The notes under the pieces were generated by a model. That model saw only the letters and a program-made list of their open reading frames with translations. It made no database searches and had not been told where the DNA came from. From Octopus vulgaris (Eukaryota), in assembly GCA_951406725.2 (NCBI GenBank), contig OX597819.1, positions 118,296,001 to 118,360,000 on the forward strand: DNA of 64,000 bases, given 5' to 3'. The stretch's first letter is position 1. The number at the start of each line of letters is the position of its first letter. Of this stretch, positions 13,412 to 26,092 are shown one piece after another. A program made the translations under genes and the position numbers.

Positions 13412-14438
13412 CTGTCACTCGTTTCCCGAACGCAGCAAGCCATCGGCCCTCTCCATGCTGGTCAACATCCTTGGGTCATTGCTAATATCTTGAACTGCAG
13501 TATTCGAACAATTAAGCGGCTGAGGGAACGATATAATGTAACGAACAGCACGGATGATCATCCCCGAAGTGACTGACCAAGGGTTACAACGGCACGTTAA
13601 TTTCGCCACCTGCACCGACAGCACTTGCAGCACCGATTCCAAAGGGCAACGGAATTAGCTGGGCAAACCATAGGGTCTCACCTCAGACCCATTTGTGCAG
13701 AGAGAGTTCACCGCCGGTTGAGATCCTTCAATCTGACGTTGTTGGCGTCCGGCTGGGGCCCCATCCTCACAGACCGACGTCGACGGGCACGTCAGCAGTG
13801 GGATTAAAAACGTCAGAACTGGTAATATCAGCAGTGTACTATCGTAGTCTTCTCTGACGAAAGTCGATATTGTAATTCTGCGGCAGGTGGCAAAGGTAGG
13901 GTTTGAAAAAGTGGTGAACGTCATGCCAATGCTTGTGTGGTGGAGAGAACAATTGGGGATGAGAGAGAGCATCATGGTGTGGGGGCGAGATTGCAGTCGA
14001 CCAGAAACGTGGACTAGTGGTCTTCCGAAACATTGGCCAAGACCGGGGCAACGGAGTGACTGCTGCTCCCTACATCGACCAAGGTTTGAAGCCTCACGTT
14101 GTGTAATATATTGGCCGTCATCGGAAACACACGTTCCAACATGACAACACCCATGACCGTACTGCCGATTGGTCAGAACAGTGCCTCCAACATCACAAGA
14201 TACAGACCCTACCATGGCTTGCCCTAAGTCTGGACTTGAACCCCATAGAGCACTTGTGGCACGAAATTCATTGAAGGTTAAATGCTATCCATCAAAGGCC
14301 GACATTTGCGGGACAACTAATTGCTATTTTAACAGAGTGTGGGCTGCAATACCAATGGCATTCATCAATCGTTTGGTGCATTTAATGTACAGATGCCTTG
14401 CGGTAATCAACCTTAACAGTGGTCACACGAGATATTGA
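13412..14438 (+). pseudogene. Decayed Tc1-family (DD34E) transposase
   Basis: N-terminal QQAIGPLHAG..IANILNCSIRTIKRLRERY..DHPRSD*PRVTT (HTH, GRPR-like); VFSDESR (D 13856-13858); SIMVWG; FQHDN (D 14143-14145) then exactly 34 residues to E in DLNPIEHLW (14248-14250); C-terminal CLAVINLNSGHTRY*; several stops and frameshifts; TATAAAA upstream at 13386. Confidence 0.93.
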
Positions 14439-14689
14439 GTTCATCTCTTTGGATCCAGGACACTCCATTATGTAACGTGACACCTTGTAACATCAAACAT
14501 GTTTCGAGAAATGACGCTTTATCCTTAGAAACTAACAGTGATGGGTATAATGATGATAATAATAATAATAACAATAATAACTTCCATAATAGTTTCCCAG
14601 CAGATCGTTTCTAAACAGTATAATAACAAAGAAAAAAAAACTTAAAATATTCAAATAAGACAATTCACCAAACTGAGGCAGATTTGCTT

Positions 14690-15225
14690 GCAAAGTCTGT
14701 TCGTGGAAACCTCACAAAGCTCGGTCATCTTGATCATTACGCCAAGTGCACTCTGCTCATTCTCCTCCAATCTATATCTGCATGTTCAGAGCAGGATCAT
14801 TTGATTGAACCGTTCTTGCCACACTCTCCCAGCTGTCAACACATTTACTTCTCATTCCACCTTCAGATGGAATAAGAATATCGAGTGAATCTTAAAAAAT
14901 TAAATTATGGCTTTTGCTAAAATTGCTCGTGAACTAAACAACGTTTGGCCTTCCCATCAATAGGATAACAGCAGGACTGTATTCATAATGTACCCAACCG
15001 GTAGCCGGAACTATCCTACGCACAACAGCAGGTATTCGACATCACACCACAAGTTGGCAATACATGGGCACTGAAGGAGTGCATGCAGAAGAATTTCGCT
15101 GCTCTGATCGCATCTCGAGAAGGAAGTATTGACGTTGCTTTCATGCTTTTTGAGTTGAACCTGGACTAGTAATGCGCCCCGCTAACACTGACAATGCTTA
15201 CTAGAAATTGTTCATTTGTCGCAGC
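14690..15225 (-). mobile_element. L1/Tx1-like LINE ORF2 3' remnant (zf-RVT CCHC region)
   Basis: Minus-strand reading C*RGALLVQVQLKKHESNVNTSFSRCDQSSEILLHALLQCPCIANLW resembles the C-x2-C...E...H...C knuckle of L1-clade ORF2; downstream HLKVE..DSWESVAR..ALNMQI* resembles the ORF end; interrupted by stops. Confidence 0.7.
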
Positions 15226-15304
15226 TCGGTACTTCTCTAGAATAGACAGCGTGTGGTCTTTCATCGACGCTCAGTTCGGCAGCTGCACCTGCTTAATATA
15301 AAAA

Positions 15305-15400
15305 CAGCTTCAGGGTATGACTGCGCATCATTGTCCACACGACCAATATCCACTCAGGGAGTTTATAACAAATAGAGTACCTGACCAACAAAAAACATCC
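15305..15400 (-). mobile_element. Possible Gypsy aspartic-protease remnant
   Basis: Minus-strand LFVINSLSG followed, with frameshifts, by VDNDAQ and VIP, reminiscent of LFVxDxxSGxxFLVDSGAxxSVIP; very degraded. Confidence 0.3.
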
Positions 15401-16000
15401 TTTTTGCTGAAACCGGAAAAGTTGGCGCTCAAATTCGGTAGATTGGGGCAGGGATTGACGGCCAAGCGGTTATATGTAATGGATGCGATATATGCGTTCG
15501 TCAGGGATAGCTTTCTATCGGCCTATTGCTTGATGAGACTTCTAGATATCTGAGCAAACCATTTAACATAAGTGTTTTACAAGGCTACATATATCTAAAT
15601 TATAAAGTACGATACTTGATATGATACACTTGCTCTTCCGACGGAGCACCGACACGATTAGACATGCATTCCGCCAGAATTTTGAAATAACCTCGCGTCA
15701 ACTAATGTGGGCTAATTTCAACACATTAAAATCCGATACAGATGAACCTATGTATGTTTATAAAGATGCATGTCGGAAAACGATTTTTGCCACACCCATT
15801 GACATCATTAGCTCTAAGCCAGATTTTACTTGTAATGGTGAATAGAAGAGTACTCTGTCGTTTGGGCATATAATGGTGATCACATAAGTGAGTTTCAGAG
15901 TTGATGAACGATTTTTCAACAGGATATTTTTTTTAATAATATTTTTGTTGCTTTTGTAAAATCTCAGAAAATAATTAAAAATTCACATTTTTTGTCAAAT

Positions 16001-16041
16001 TATTTTGTTATATTTGTCTGATAGACAAATATAACAAAATA
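16001..16041. repeat. Perfect 19-bp-stem hairpin
   Basis: TATTTTGTTATATTTGTCT-GAT-AGACAAATATAACAAAATA. Confidence 0.9.
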
Positions 16042-17168
16042 TCCAACTGTAAATATAAATATTTCCCTGACCTTTTGTTATAACTTGGCAAGAGGGTACA
16101 TGTTTTGCCCAAAATTGCTAAATTTGTAACACCTCTACTTTGGTGCTACTGATTCGACGCTGAATTCTTCGATATATTTTGTCTGTCTGCCTGTCTGTCT
16201 CTCTCTCTCTGACTCTTTCCTTTATATATAAGTAAGTGTATTTCTCTTCTTCTTTGTGTACGAAGTGAGAGAAACAGTTCTTGCCAATTGTATTCAATTA
16301 ATAAATTACCACTTCCCCCTCTTCCTCGCAATATTTCTTCGTACGAGTGCGTTTTTGCCTCCAGCGACAAAGTTTACTGCTGAATATCCAGTTAGTCGTG
16401 CCAAGTGACCAGCATCCAAGCAGCTACACCCGTTCATCTCATTCCATTATCTAAAGGCCAAGTTTTCCTTCTGGCGACGTACCCTTGTAATCATAATCGA
16501 CGAGTATTGATTAACAGTGGTAAGGATACAACCAGGACTGCTCCTCGAATCTTATGGACAAGAATCAAAAAACCTTTAGGATGCAAATGATTTTTGGCCA
16601 TATCTTCACAACATATTACCCTGCGTTAGTCATCCCTCATTTTAATAATCAAAAATAGCAGATGTTCCCCAGTGTCACTACTTTATTCTGTAATAGACTG
16701 GATTTCCATTATAGACATTTGTATGAGTGTATGTATGTGTGTATACCAGTGTTTTATTGATTAATATAAAGGAAGAAAGAGAGAGAGAGAGACCAACAGA
16801 AAGACAGAGAGACACAAACAGACAAAGAGAGAATGTTTTTCCCTGCTTTGATTCGTAGAAACTTTAGACTCAGAGTGATTGATTGACATTTAGACTGATT
16901 GCCGAATGTATCGTATTACGAAAATATTTGTTTACATTAATAGATTCGCCGTACAGTTTGTATATAATTTATCAGTGTACACAAATGATTGAGAGAGAGG
17001 GCAAAAGTAACTGAAATGCAAATATTGGACAAACCAGTTACATCCTGATAATGAGATACGCTATTAGATTATGTGGGCAATCAATCAGTCTTCAATATGT
17101 CTTCCATATTATTTCCAAACAAATTTTAAAAAATTAAGAAATAAATGAAAACCACAACAACAACAACA

Positions 17169-17204
<36 letters not shown>

Positions 17205-17256
17205 GCAATATCGAAAAATAAATAATGACGGAAAAAGCGAAATATGATATTGATCT

Positions 17257-17524
17257 TCGCCTGGCCTCCGTGCCGGTGGCACGTAAAAAGCACCATCCGA
17301 TCGTGGCCGTTTGCCAGCCTCGTCTGGCACCTGTGCCGATGGCACTTAAAAAGCACCCACTACACTCACGGAGTGGTTGGCGGTAGGAAGGGCATCCAGC
17401 CGTAGAAACATTGCCAGATCAGACTGGGCCTGGTGCAGCCTTCGGCCTTCCCAGACCCCAGTTGAACTTTCCAACCCAGGCTAGCATGGAAAGCGGACGC
17501 TAAACGATGATGATGATGATGATG
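17257..17524 (+). mobile_element. 5'-truncated non-LTR retroposon 3' end (RTE-like) with (GAT)n tail
   Basis: GC-rich island with duplicated GTGCCG(G/A)TGGCAC(G/T)TAAAAAGCACC, GGTTGGCGGTAGGAAGGGCATCCAGCCGTAGAAAC and terminal AAACGATGATGATG; short-repeat tails are typical of RTE-clade LINEs and their SINEs. Confidence 0.75.
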
Positions 17525-19089
17525 TTATTCGGTCAGTTAATCTACTGGCGTTCAAACATCATTTGTGCCTATTTACTTATCCACTTTTGGATTGTAATCT
17601 ATTAGCGAATCTTGTTACGCAACCTGTTTGCTGTCAAAGATTGCCATAGTGTTAGCAAATATGACTGTGTGAAGATAGACGCAAACAAGTTAAATCGTAA
17701 CCAGTTTTCGTTTCGTATGTAGCCAATGGAATGCAGTTGTGTTTTCTTTCAATTTACATCATTGTTACCATCTTGTACTGGATACACTTACTAAGTAATA
17801 TTTCTTAATTATATTTTGCTGCAAGGAGGTAGTGACATTTTCGAGGCTATATACTTCCAGCTTTTAAGCATATTGTCCAATGTCTATAATTTCGTGATGT
17901 ATTCGGGACAGAAACTGAATTATTTTCTGCTAGATTTTCAGCCTTCTACTTTGATATGTGCCAGGTACACGTCTTTGCTCTCAGCTGTGAGAGAATAATT
18001 CCATTATTGAGTGGTTCATCGCTTTCTGGAACAAGCTCTAACACCTTGAGAGAGGAGTTTATATATTCTACAGAATAAAAGCACAAACCACCAACACAGG
18101 AAACCTCTATATAGTCACTCTAAATGTTAGTATCAGCAAAAACTTTAGCTCATATCACTCACTACCTACTTTAAAAAAATCAAGGAAACGTAATTGAAAA
18201 TATACAAGTTACTTCATAAAACGGGTACATTTTACAAATTTCAAGAGTAAAGGTACAGTGTGTCCTGACCAAGTGAAAAAAAAAGCAATGCAATTAGCAG
18301 CATTAACATTTATAAAAATGTATTAGTACAACACCAATTACCCTATCAAATACGGAGTGGGGTCGTTTTAGTGCCCCTTATGCACACATGGAACCGGTGC
18401 TGCTGAAACAGATTTGTTCACATGATCCATCAACCTGTACTAATCTTCATTGAAGCATTGAAAACTATAGTCCGTTAACGAGAGAAAGCATGTTTTCGTT
18501 TCCCTGTAGGAGATGTAGCCAAATCAGCATGCCATTCTTCAGATATTTTCAAAAACTATTTTGTATATAATGTGGATTTACTTCACAAAGGGACAACGGC
18601 ATGAAAGACATCTCGTACGCATTGATAGAATTCCACCAAGATGTCTTCTAGAAATTGAACAAATTATCTAATTCTCCATCTGATTATAACGCGCTTAGGA
18701 AATAGAGATTATATTGAGTAATGTAGTCCTATAAAAATTATGTATGATCAATTAAAACGGAACAGTTCCGAATGAAAAATATTTGGTCAGATGTAGTTTT
18801 CTTGAGAACTGACTTCGACTTGTTAAGCAAAAACTTAAAGTTCGAAAAGATTACATTTGGGCATTTGAACTGCTAAAAATAACAAGATATATCCTACCTC
18901 AAATCTCATCCCGTCATCTGAAATAGGAATGGGGCAGAAGCAAATGTTCTTGGGTTTCCAATAAATGAATGCCATGATTTGAATGATTCTGGTCATAGAT
19001 CGTGATTCACTTCAATTCGACTTGACGTGTTGCTTGTGAATTGTTTGTGCTCATACGCGTGTGTGAGTGTGAGCCAAAAACACAACGGG

Positions 19090-19460
19090 AGAACCCCTTC
19101 GTGGTCGCTCGATACGCAACTAATAGAAGTCAAGTCACCGTTATTTAACATGCAACACTTTTACTAAACGATGCATTACATGACATGGTCCTGGGAGGCC
19201 TACATACTGTAAAGTAGGAGATGATCATGACTGGAGCGCTTTTGACCATAGATGTCACTGCTCATTGCTACTCTGAGACTGAACAACAACGAACGAATAT
19301 CAAGACATATAGTCCTACTAGAAATAGCTGCTAAATTTCATTCAAATTGTTACTTGCTTGATAATAATGAACTCATCCGACAACGTAGCTGTCTATATAC
19401 ACTGAAAATGGAAGGTCACAGTATTTGGAATATCCTTGATCACAGCTGATCGTTGCTGCT
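19090..19460 (+). repeat. Two degenerate copies of an ancient dispersed repeat (family D)
   Basis: CTAGAAATAGCTGCTAAAT and ATCATGACTGGAGCGCTTTTGACCATAG motifs; opposite-strand homologues at ~45725-45940, 47435-47645 and 48400-48615, with short matches at ~28810, 35015, 46565 and 61915. Confidence 0.6.
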
Positions 19461-20994
19461 GTGTGTTTAAAGAACAATATCGTTGTTTACGAATGCGTGG
19501 TCTTTACTATTTTAAATATACGAGCAGCAACAAGAACAAATAAAAAGACAGCAATGTACAGAAAATTAGAAACAAAAGTTTTTATGTGCAGGTAATACGC
19601 TAACAAGAGATCCTCTAAACACCCTAGAAACAGCAGTAAAATCCTTATCACATCACACTCTAATGTCAGAAACAAATGGAAGAATTAGAAAATATAGAAA
19701 ATATACACATGCCCAACCAGAAGAAGGAATTATATACTTGCTCAGACCTAAAAAAGAGCTAAATATTAAAAAATATGGTGAGGTAGATTCGGCTGGAACA
19801 CCACTAATCATAAGTCTACTCTGCCGGTACAACCATTTAATAAGAACAAGAAGCAAATTACCAAAAAGCGAGATCTATTGATGTTACTATTAAATCAGCT
19901 GGTATTAATAGAGATCCTTCGACTTTCAAGCGTCTGCTAAATTTCTTCCTGCCATCTCTATAAAGGACACATTGGTTATACAAAATATGTGACAGTCGAA
20001 CCTCGATCACATTGAGAACAAAATAGGAAGGTCGACAGAAACTCTCTAGACACCATCACCATAAGTAGCGCCTTATGTCAAGATGCAGTCTCTGTGTACA
20101 CACATTAACTGCACGATATAGCAACTAAATCGCGTCATATGCATTTATATATTTACATATTTTGCTAATTGATATTGAGAAAAAAAAATGCACTTTTGTG
20201 AATATTGCAAAATATGTCAAATAGTTATTGGAATATTTTGCAATATATTCTTTGATTATTTATAAAGAAAGATGATTTATGGTTGGAACATTTTTGATCT
20301 ATGATCAAAGTTGCTCCAGCCGCAACCGATTCTCGTTACAGTCAGCTCCATTAAAACTAACCTTGGAAAACAATCAAGAATATTAACCAATCATTAAAAC
20401 CATCTGTATCCCACACCCAGAGGAAAACAGCCGCAAGAACAAAAACAACAACAACTACAACTACAACTACAACTACTACTACTATGGTAATAGTAACAAC
20501 ATTATACATATTACACCAGAAACACATTATCAATGGCATCAAGCAAAGAGCTAAATTACCAGTGACATCTTCATCACTATCAATATAGTCACATTACCAA
20601 AAATATCAAAAGCAGCAGTTTTGCAGACGAAGTGGAAGATAACAGTTATCGTCATCACCATTTTCAACAGCAACAAATATCAAAGAATTACAGTTTCTTT
20701 CATCTTCCAACAACAGCAAAGCAAACTTTCTGTGGTCGTTTGAATCGTTTTGATGTAATTAGTAGAGACCTCAGTAAAATAAAATATTAATAAAATGTTT
20801 AAAACAAAAAATTTGAAAAGCATGAGGTGCACAGTAATCTCAAATTAGACGGGATGGGCAAAGCTGGAAAGCATAAGCATTCGACCCAACGTCAGCTAGA
20901 TGAGGACACACATTGGAACTAAACAACAACGAGACAATAGTACTAGATGTCGTTGCAACACCTTTCGCAAGAACAATGGCTAAATGAAGTTCAT

Positions 20995-21255
20995 ATAAAA
21001 ATAATAATAAATAAATGCGCCCTTTTAAAGCCTAGCCAGGCTGGTGGGCCCGGTTTCTATGACGTATGTGTTCCGTAGCTAGACAGGACGCCAGTCCATC
21101 GAAGCGTTACTCATTTTTGCCAGCTGAGTGGACTGGAGCAACTTGAAATGAAGTGTTTTGCTGAAGAACACAACGCATCGCCCGGTCCAGGATGCGAAGC
21201 CACAATCTTACGATCATGATACTGACACCCTAACCACTGAGCCACGCGCCTCCAC
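20995..21255 (-). mobile_element. tRNA-derived SINE family C (body 2 plus tail 2) with 9-bp TSD
   Basis: Reverse-complement head GTGGAGGCGCGTGGCTCAGTGGTTAGGG; CORE-like body; tail GCCTGGCTAGGCTTTAAAAGGGCGCATTTATT; TSD GAAGTTCAT at 20986-20994 and 21256-21264. Confidence 0.9.
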
Positions 21256-21374
21256 GAAGTTCATTTAGGCACTTCGAAATGCTGATATGGAAATACAAAT
21301 TGTATATAAGAAAAAAAATTGAATGCTATTTAAAAGAAACAATATCATTATTTATGCAGATTTTATGGAGATGG

Positions 21375-21560
21375 CCAGCCAGTAGAATCATTAGTCCGCC
21401 AGGCAACATGCTTAGCACATTTCGTCCATCATTAGGTTCGAAGTTTAAGTTATGCTGGGGTCGATAATAATAATACCAGAAGAGAATACTTGGGTCGATG
21501 TAATCTATTTAACTCCTCCCCCGAAATTGTTGGCCTTGAACCAAAATTTGAAACCAGTAT
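21375..21560 (+). mobile_element. Degenerate SINE family A (A2 tail)
   Basis: AGAATCATTAG...ATGCTTAGCACATTTCGTCC...GGGGTCGAT...GGGTCGATGTAATC...AAATTGTTGGCCTTG. Confidence 0.65.
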
Positions 21561-22183
21561 TTATAGAGATTCTTTCTACAAACAATTATCCACAAATTTC
21601 ACGGAAGGACACTGTCAATTTGGCGACAATGGTACCTGACTGGTACTTAATATATCAACCCTATTTAGTTGCTATGGCTAGCAAACAATTTGACCTCATA
21701 CAGGTTACGTTTTGACGCCAGGTAGTACGTCTAAGAAGTTCCTGGGGACAAAGGTTTTGAGGAATTAACTCTTTCAGTTGATGTTGTTGCTCAAGTCCTA
21801 ATGAAGCTGACTGCAACTAGACTGTCATATCTGGAAAATCTTTTATCATAGATAAAAGATATTCCATCCATGACCAGCTCGTCTTTATGTATAAGCAGGA
21901 ATACAATGAAAAATATGTCATAGTTCTTTTTAACACTAAATAGTATTGATGTTGAAAGAGATGATTATGTTGAAAGGTATTTCATCGATTTAACTCCTTT
22001 TAGATAATGCTTATAACCAATGTGCCCTGGATTTCTTAAAAAGACAGGATGATCAAGGTTGGAGGGCCTTCGATTATGGATATCTGGGAGAAGAGTTAAA
22101 CGACATAATAGCAATATACGTAATAGGAACAACTTTAATAGGAACAACCATTAGGGATTTTTTTATTTGCAGTTTCTAACAAA

Positions 22184-22335
22184 GCTGTACAGAATAGAAG
22201 GCAAAACATCTGTACACCATAGAAAGCAAAGCAGCTGTACATCATAGAAGGTAAAACAGCTGTACACGACAGAATGTAAAACAGATGTAAACGACAGAAG
22301 GCAAAATGGCTGAACACCATAGAAGGCAAAACAGA
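22184..22335 (+). repeat. 25-bp minisatellite, about 6 units
   Basis: Consensus AGAAGGCAAAACAGCTGTACACCAT repeated with substitutions. Confidence 0.85.
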
Positions 22336-23232
22336 CATATGTGAGATTTGAAATGTAAAGGATTTAACTAATTTCCATAGTAATTTGATATTTTCGCAGA
22401 TGGGGCAAGTCAGCACATTGTTGGAAATGCTTGACGGCACTTCTCTAAGCTCTCTGCTTTCTGAATTCAAATTCCTCTGAGGGCAGAATTGCCTTTCATC
22501 TCTGCGGGGTCAATGAAATCAAGTACCATTCAAATGTTCACGCCAATGTAAACATTTTTAGCCTCTCCTTCATCATTGCAACGGACCGGTGTTCCTCTGA
22601 AGGGAATATTGTTACCTACATGTTACCCACACATCACACAAACCCGCTTTACGAGACTTAATACTAAAAACAAATATAAGGAAAGTGAGAGAGAATGTGT
22701 GTATGTGTGAGTGACAGAGAGAGAGAGAGAGAAAGAGAAAGAAGGAAAAAATATTCGCTGCCCAAAACAAATAATAGTGGTTTCAGACAGACAAGGCCTT
22801 CTACAATTTCAGTGGAAGATAGACACAACGCAACTAACTTATGAAACGTTGTATCAAATCCGATCAATTTTGGTATTGATTTCTAGACAACAAATTTGAG
22901 GAACAATTGCAGTCGGTTGTATCGATCCCAGTACTTGTCTAGTACTTTAATTTATCGATTCCGGTAGGATGAAAGCAAAGGTATTTTTGGTGGGATTCTG
23001 TCCGACTTTCTAACGATTCTGCCAACACAATAATTTTCTTGCTAAAATCATTCATTACTAATTCAGTCTCTCAATCACACATTGAATATGTGTGTCTCTT
23101 TCTAATATATACAGTGTCCGTGTGTGTGTGTATTCCAATATGAAATAGAGTTAGCATTAATGTAACAGACATTATCGACCACATATTCTTAACGTATATG
23201 CATAGTCTATTTGCCGGTAAGCTACGATCTGG

Positions 23233-23399
23233 CGTGGGAAAGAAAACGCTCTCAAAGCACCGGGTGTTAAAATATCTGAAGAACATGGGCAGTCGAGATA
23301 ACCCGTCCATTATTCCTAGTTGGCATTAATGCCGGGATATTCCACCTGCCGTTGAATTTCACGTGTTGTAACAATCTGTGATTGATTATTTTCCACCTG
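23233..23399. promoter_or_regulatory. Candidate enhancer: CSL/Su(H) site plus E-box cluster
   Basis: CGTGGGAA 23233-23240; CACCTG 23343-23348 and 23394-23399 (both within TTCCACCTG); CACGTG 23360-23365; non-repetitive, GC-elevated island. Confidence 0.3.
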
Positions 23400-23554
23400 G
23401 CCAAATCTCAGCCTACCAGTAAATACACGAAGCATATGCTTTAGGTATATGTGTTTCCTAATGTTACATATATATATATACACGCACACACACACAGACA
23501 CTCACAAACAGGCAATGGAAGTGACTAATGTGCTTGTGCTTTACAGACGAAAAA

Positions 23555-23932
23555 GTAAAGTTCCAACGCAGTACAGGAGACAAAGGTTGGGTATTTACCT
23601 TTATAATACACACGGAAAAAAGTTGCCAGCTGGCGGCTACATGAGTCGAACCTGAACCCTTCAGATGCCGGTTGAGTGCTCTGCCATTAATCTGACAAAA
23701 ATTACCGTTAATTTTAATTCTAAATTACAACTTTCCAAATGCAATATTTCATAAAGAAATTTTTGAAGCGTCGAATATGTTGAAGTAAATATCGAACGCA
23801 GTATAGATTTATGAACAGCAAAAAAGATTGGGAATTTACCCATAATAAGACAAAATATGTTGCCAGCAGGCGGCCACGGGGGTCGAAACCTAGCCCATAG
23901 GTACCAGGGGATTGCTCTATCATTTAGCTGCA
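23555..23932 (-). repeat. Two diverged tandem copies (~240-bp spacing) of a tRNA-like-headed element
   Basis: Shared AACGCAGTA, TGGG(T/A)ATTTACC and GTTGCCAGC(T/A)GGCGGC(T/C)AC...GTCGAA...TGCTCT; the reverse complement reads GGCAGAGCAC...GGTTCGACTC (A/B-box-like). Confidence 0.6.
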
Positions 23933-23940
23933 TGTATAAG

Positions 23941-24102
23941 CGATGGGCTTCTTTCACATTCCGTCTATAAAATCCACTCTCAAGGCTTTGGTTAGCCCTA
24001 CGTTTTAGCAAAAGGCAATTGCCAGAGATATAATAGGATGGGACTGAGCTCGGAACCATGTGGTTTAGAAGCAAGCTTATTACCACAGATCCACTCTCCC
24101 GC
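23941..24102 (-). mobile_element. Degenerate family B SINE 5' half
   Basis: GGGCTTCTTTCACATTCCGTCTATAAAATCCACTCTCAAGGCTTTGG...GGAACCATGTGGTT...GCAAGCTT. Confidence 0.75.
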
Positions 24103-24130
24103 TCTCTCACATGCATACATGCATGCATAC

Positions 24131-24178
<48 letters not shown>

Positions 24179-24268
24179 TACAATTTCAAGATGTGTGCCA
24201 AAATGTTTAACTGTTATTAATCATACTTTTCTATTATTATTATTATTATTATTATTTTATTATTTGAA

Positions 24269-24490
24269 AGTGGTGGACTGGCAGAATTACTAGCACACCG
24301 GGCTAAATGCTTAGCTGCATTTTACCCGTCCTTAGGTTCTGAGTTCAAATTCCGCCGTGGACGTCTATGCCTTTCATCCTTTCGGGGTCGATTCAATAAA
24401 CACCAGCGAAACACTGGGGTCGATGTAATCCACTGGATCCCCACTCACCAAATGTCAGGCCTTGTGCCTTAAATAGAAAGGATTATTATT
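24269..24490 (+). mobile_element. SINE family A, A2 tail variant
   Basis: Same head and central domain as A1 but tail ...CAAATGTCAGGCCTTGTGCCTTAAATAGAAAGGATTATT; sits in an (ATT)n tract. Confidence 0.85.
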
Positions 24491-25083
24491 ACTTTCATTA
24501 TTATAAAACGTAATCGCTCTCTTAAAGTGACCAGTACCAGTAATAAAACCGGCTTTGATCCACTTATAATTAAGTACGAATTTGCAAAAGAAATAGAAAG
24601 AAATCATTTAAAGAAAAGCTGCCGTAAGAATCATAAAACAAATGAAGCATGACTGAAAGAAATTTAGATTCTCTTTTTCATGTTGGAAGGAAATGGAAGA
24701 AAGTGCAATTAGTAAGTTGCTAAGGGAACGAATATAGTTAATAAATTCGTCGTGTAGTAGTCGGCATCAACATTGAAAGGTCAAGTACTTGCCTCCAAAA
24801 ATGGAATTATTTAATTAGTAAACTAAAGATAAATGACAAGAAGGGCCGGCAGAAGAAGGATCTTGAGGGTACGTGATGAATATATATAAATAAAGTTATG
24901 GCAGCGAGAGAAGGTTTGAAGATTTGATGCTAGAACAAGATTGATAATGTTAGAATACTTTATGAATTTCATTAAGAAGAGAAAAAATAAACCCAGCAAG
25001 GAAACGGCCCAAATACACATCAGTACACCATACTATAACGAGAATGAAACTTATAAATATGATGAATATATTTGGAGAAAAGA

Positions 25084-25313
25084 GGCTGCGAGCTGTCAGA
25101 AACGTTAGCGCGCCGGCCGAAATGCTTAGCGGTATTTCGTCTGTCGTTACGTTCTGAATTCGAATTCCGCCGAGGTCCACTTTGCCTTTCATCCTCTCGG
25201 GGTCGGTAAATAAAGCACCAGTTACGCACTGGAGTCGATGTAATCGACTTAATACCTATGTCTGTCCTTGTTTGTCCCCTCTATGTTTAGCCGCTTGTGG
25301 GTAGTAAAGAAAT
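25084..25313 (+). mobile_element. SINE family A (A1) monomer with 18-bp TSD
   Basis: Full head, body and tail; TSD ATATAT(T/C)TGGAGAAAAGA at 25066-25083 and 25314-25331. Confidence 0.92.
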
Positions 25314-25608
25314 ATATATCTGGAGAAAAGATAATGACGAGCTCGTTGCAGATAACTGGACTTCATAGACAAAGTTTTAAAAATATTGCTAATATAATCG
25401 CTACACATAAAATATGTAGAAAAATGCAAAGCTTAAAAACGAAAACTAAAAGTCAGGAAGAATAGTATCTGGCATAGAATAAGGGGAAAACATCAGAGTT
25501 CTTGTAACGATTAGACACAGTATCATCAGGTTTATATTTTCTTTTTACGATATCATCACGTCTATTGGACTACAGATGTTCATGTCTGAGATCATTATGT
25601 CTATCCTG

Positions 25609-25651
<43 letters not shown>

Positions 25652-25886
25652 GTTATTCAACTATATGTCGGCGATGTATGCTTTCTTCTTACGGTCAACT
25701 TACCAACTCCTATCATGTTATTTGACACCTATATGTCTACAGGATCCACGAACGCGCTTCAAAGTTTAGTAATGAGAAGACAGTGTGGAAGTGCTATGAT
25801 GTGACATTCAAATATTCTTTAAGCTGATATCAATCATGTTCCCGTTTGCTTTTATTTTAGATCGAATTTCAACAACATTGGCTTCG

Positions 25887-26040
25887 GGCTGTGTGGTAAG
25901 TAGCTTGCTTACGAACCACATAGTTTCGGGTTCAGTCCCACTGCGTGGCACTTTGGGCAAGTGTCTTCTACTATAGCCTCGGGCCGACCAAAGCCTTGTG
26001 AGTGGATTTGGTAGACGTAAACTGAAAGAAGCCCGTTGTG

Positions 26041-26092
<52 letters not shown>

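Noticed and set aside
13655-14215. 186-aa minus-strand ORF
   Set aside because: Antisense shadow of the Tc1 transposase pseudogene
13113-14622. TATACTG...CAGTATA as the Tc1 terminal inverted repeats
   Set aside because: Only 7 bp match; internal sequences do not align
19663-19881. 72-aa ATG-initiated ORF
   Set aside because: No recognisable domain or splice context; at most a decayed retroelement fragment
20202-20246. 14-bp-stem hairpin as a pre-miRNA
   Set aside because: Very AT-rich short stem with no recognisable miRNA; plausible by chance or template switching
22184-22335. 25-bp repeat as a CRISPR array
   Set aside because: Contiguous units without spacers, eukaryotic context, no cas genes
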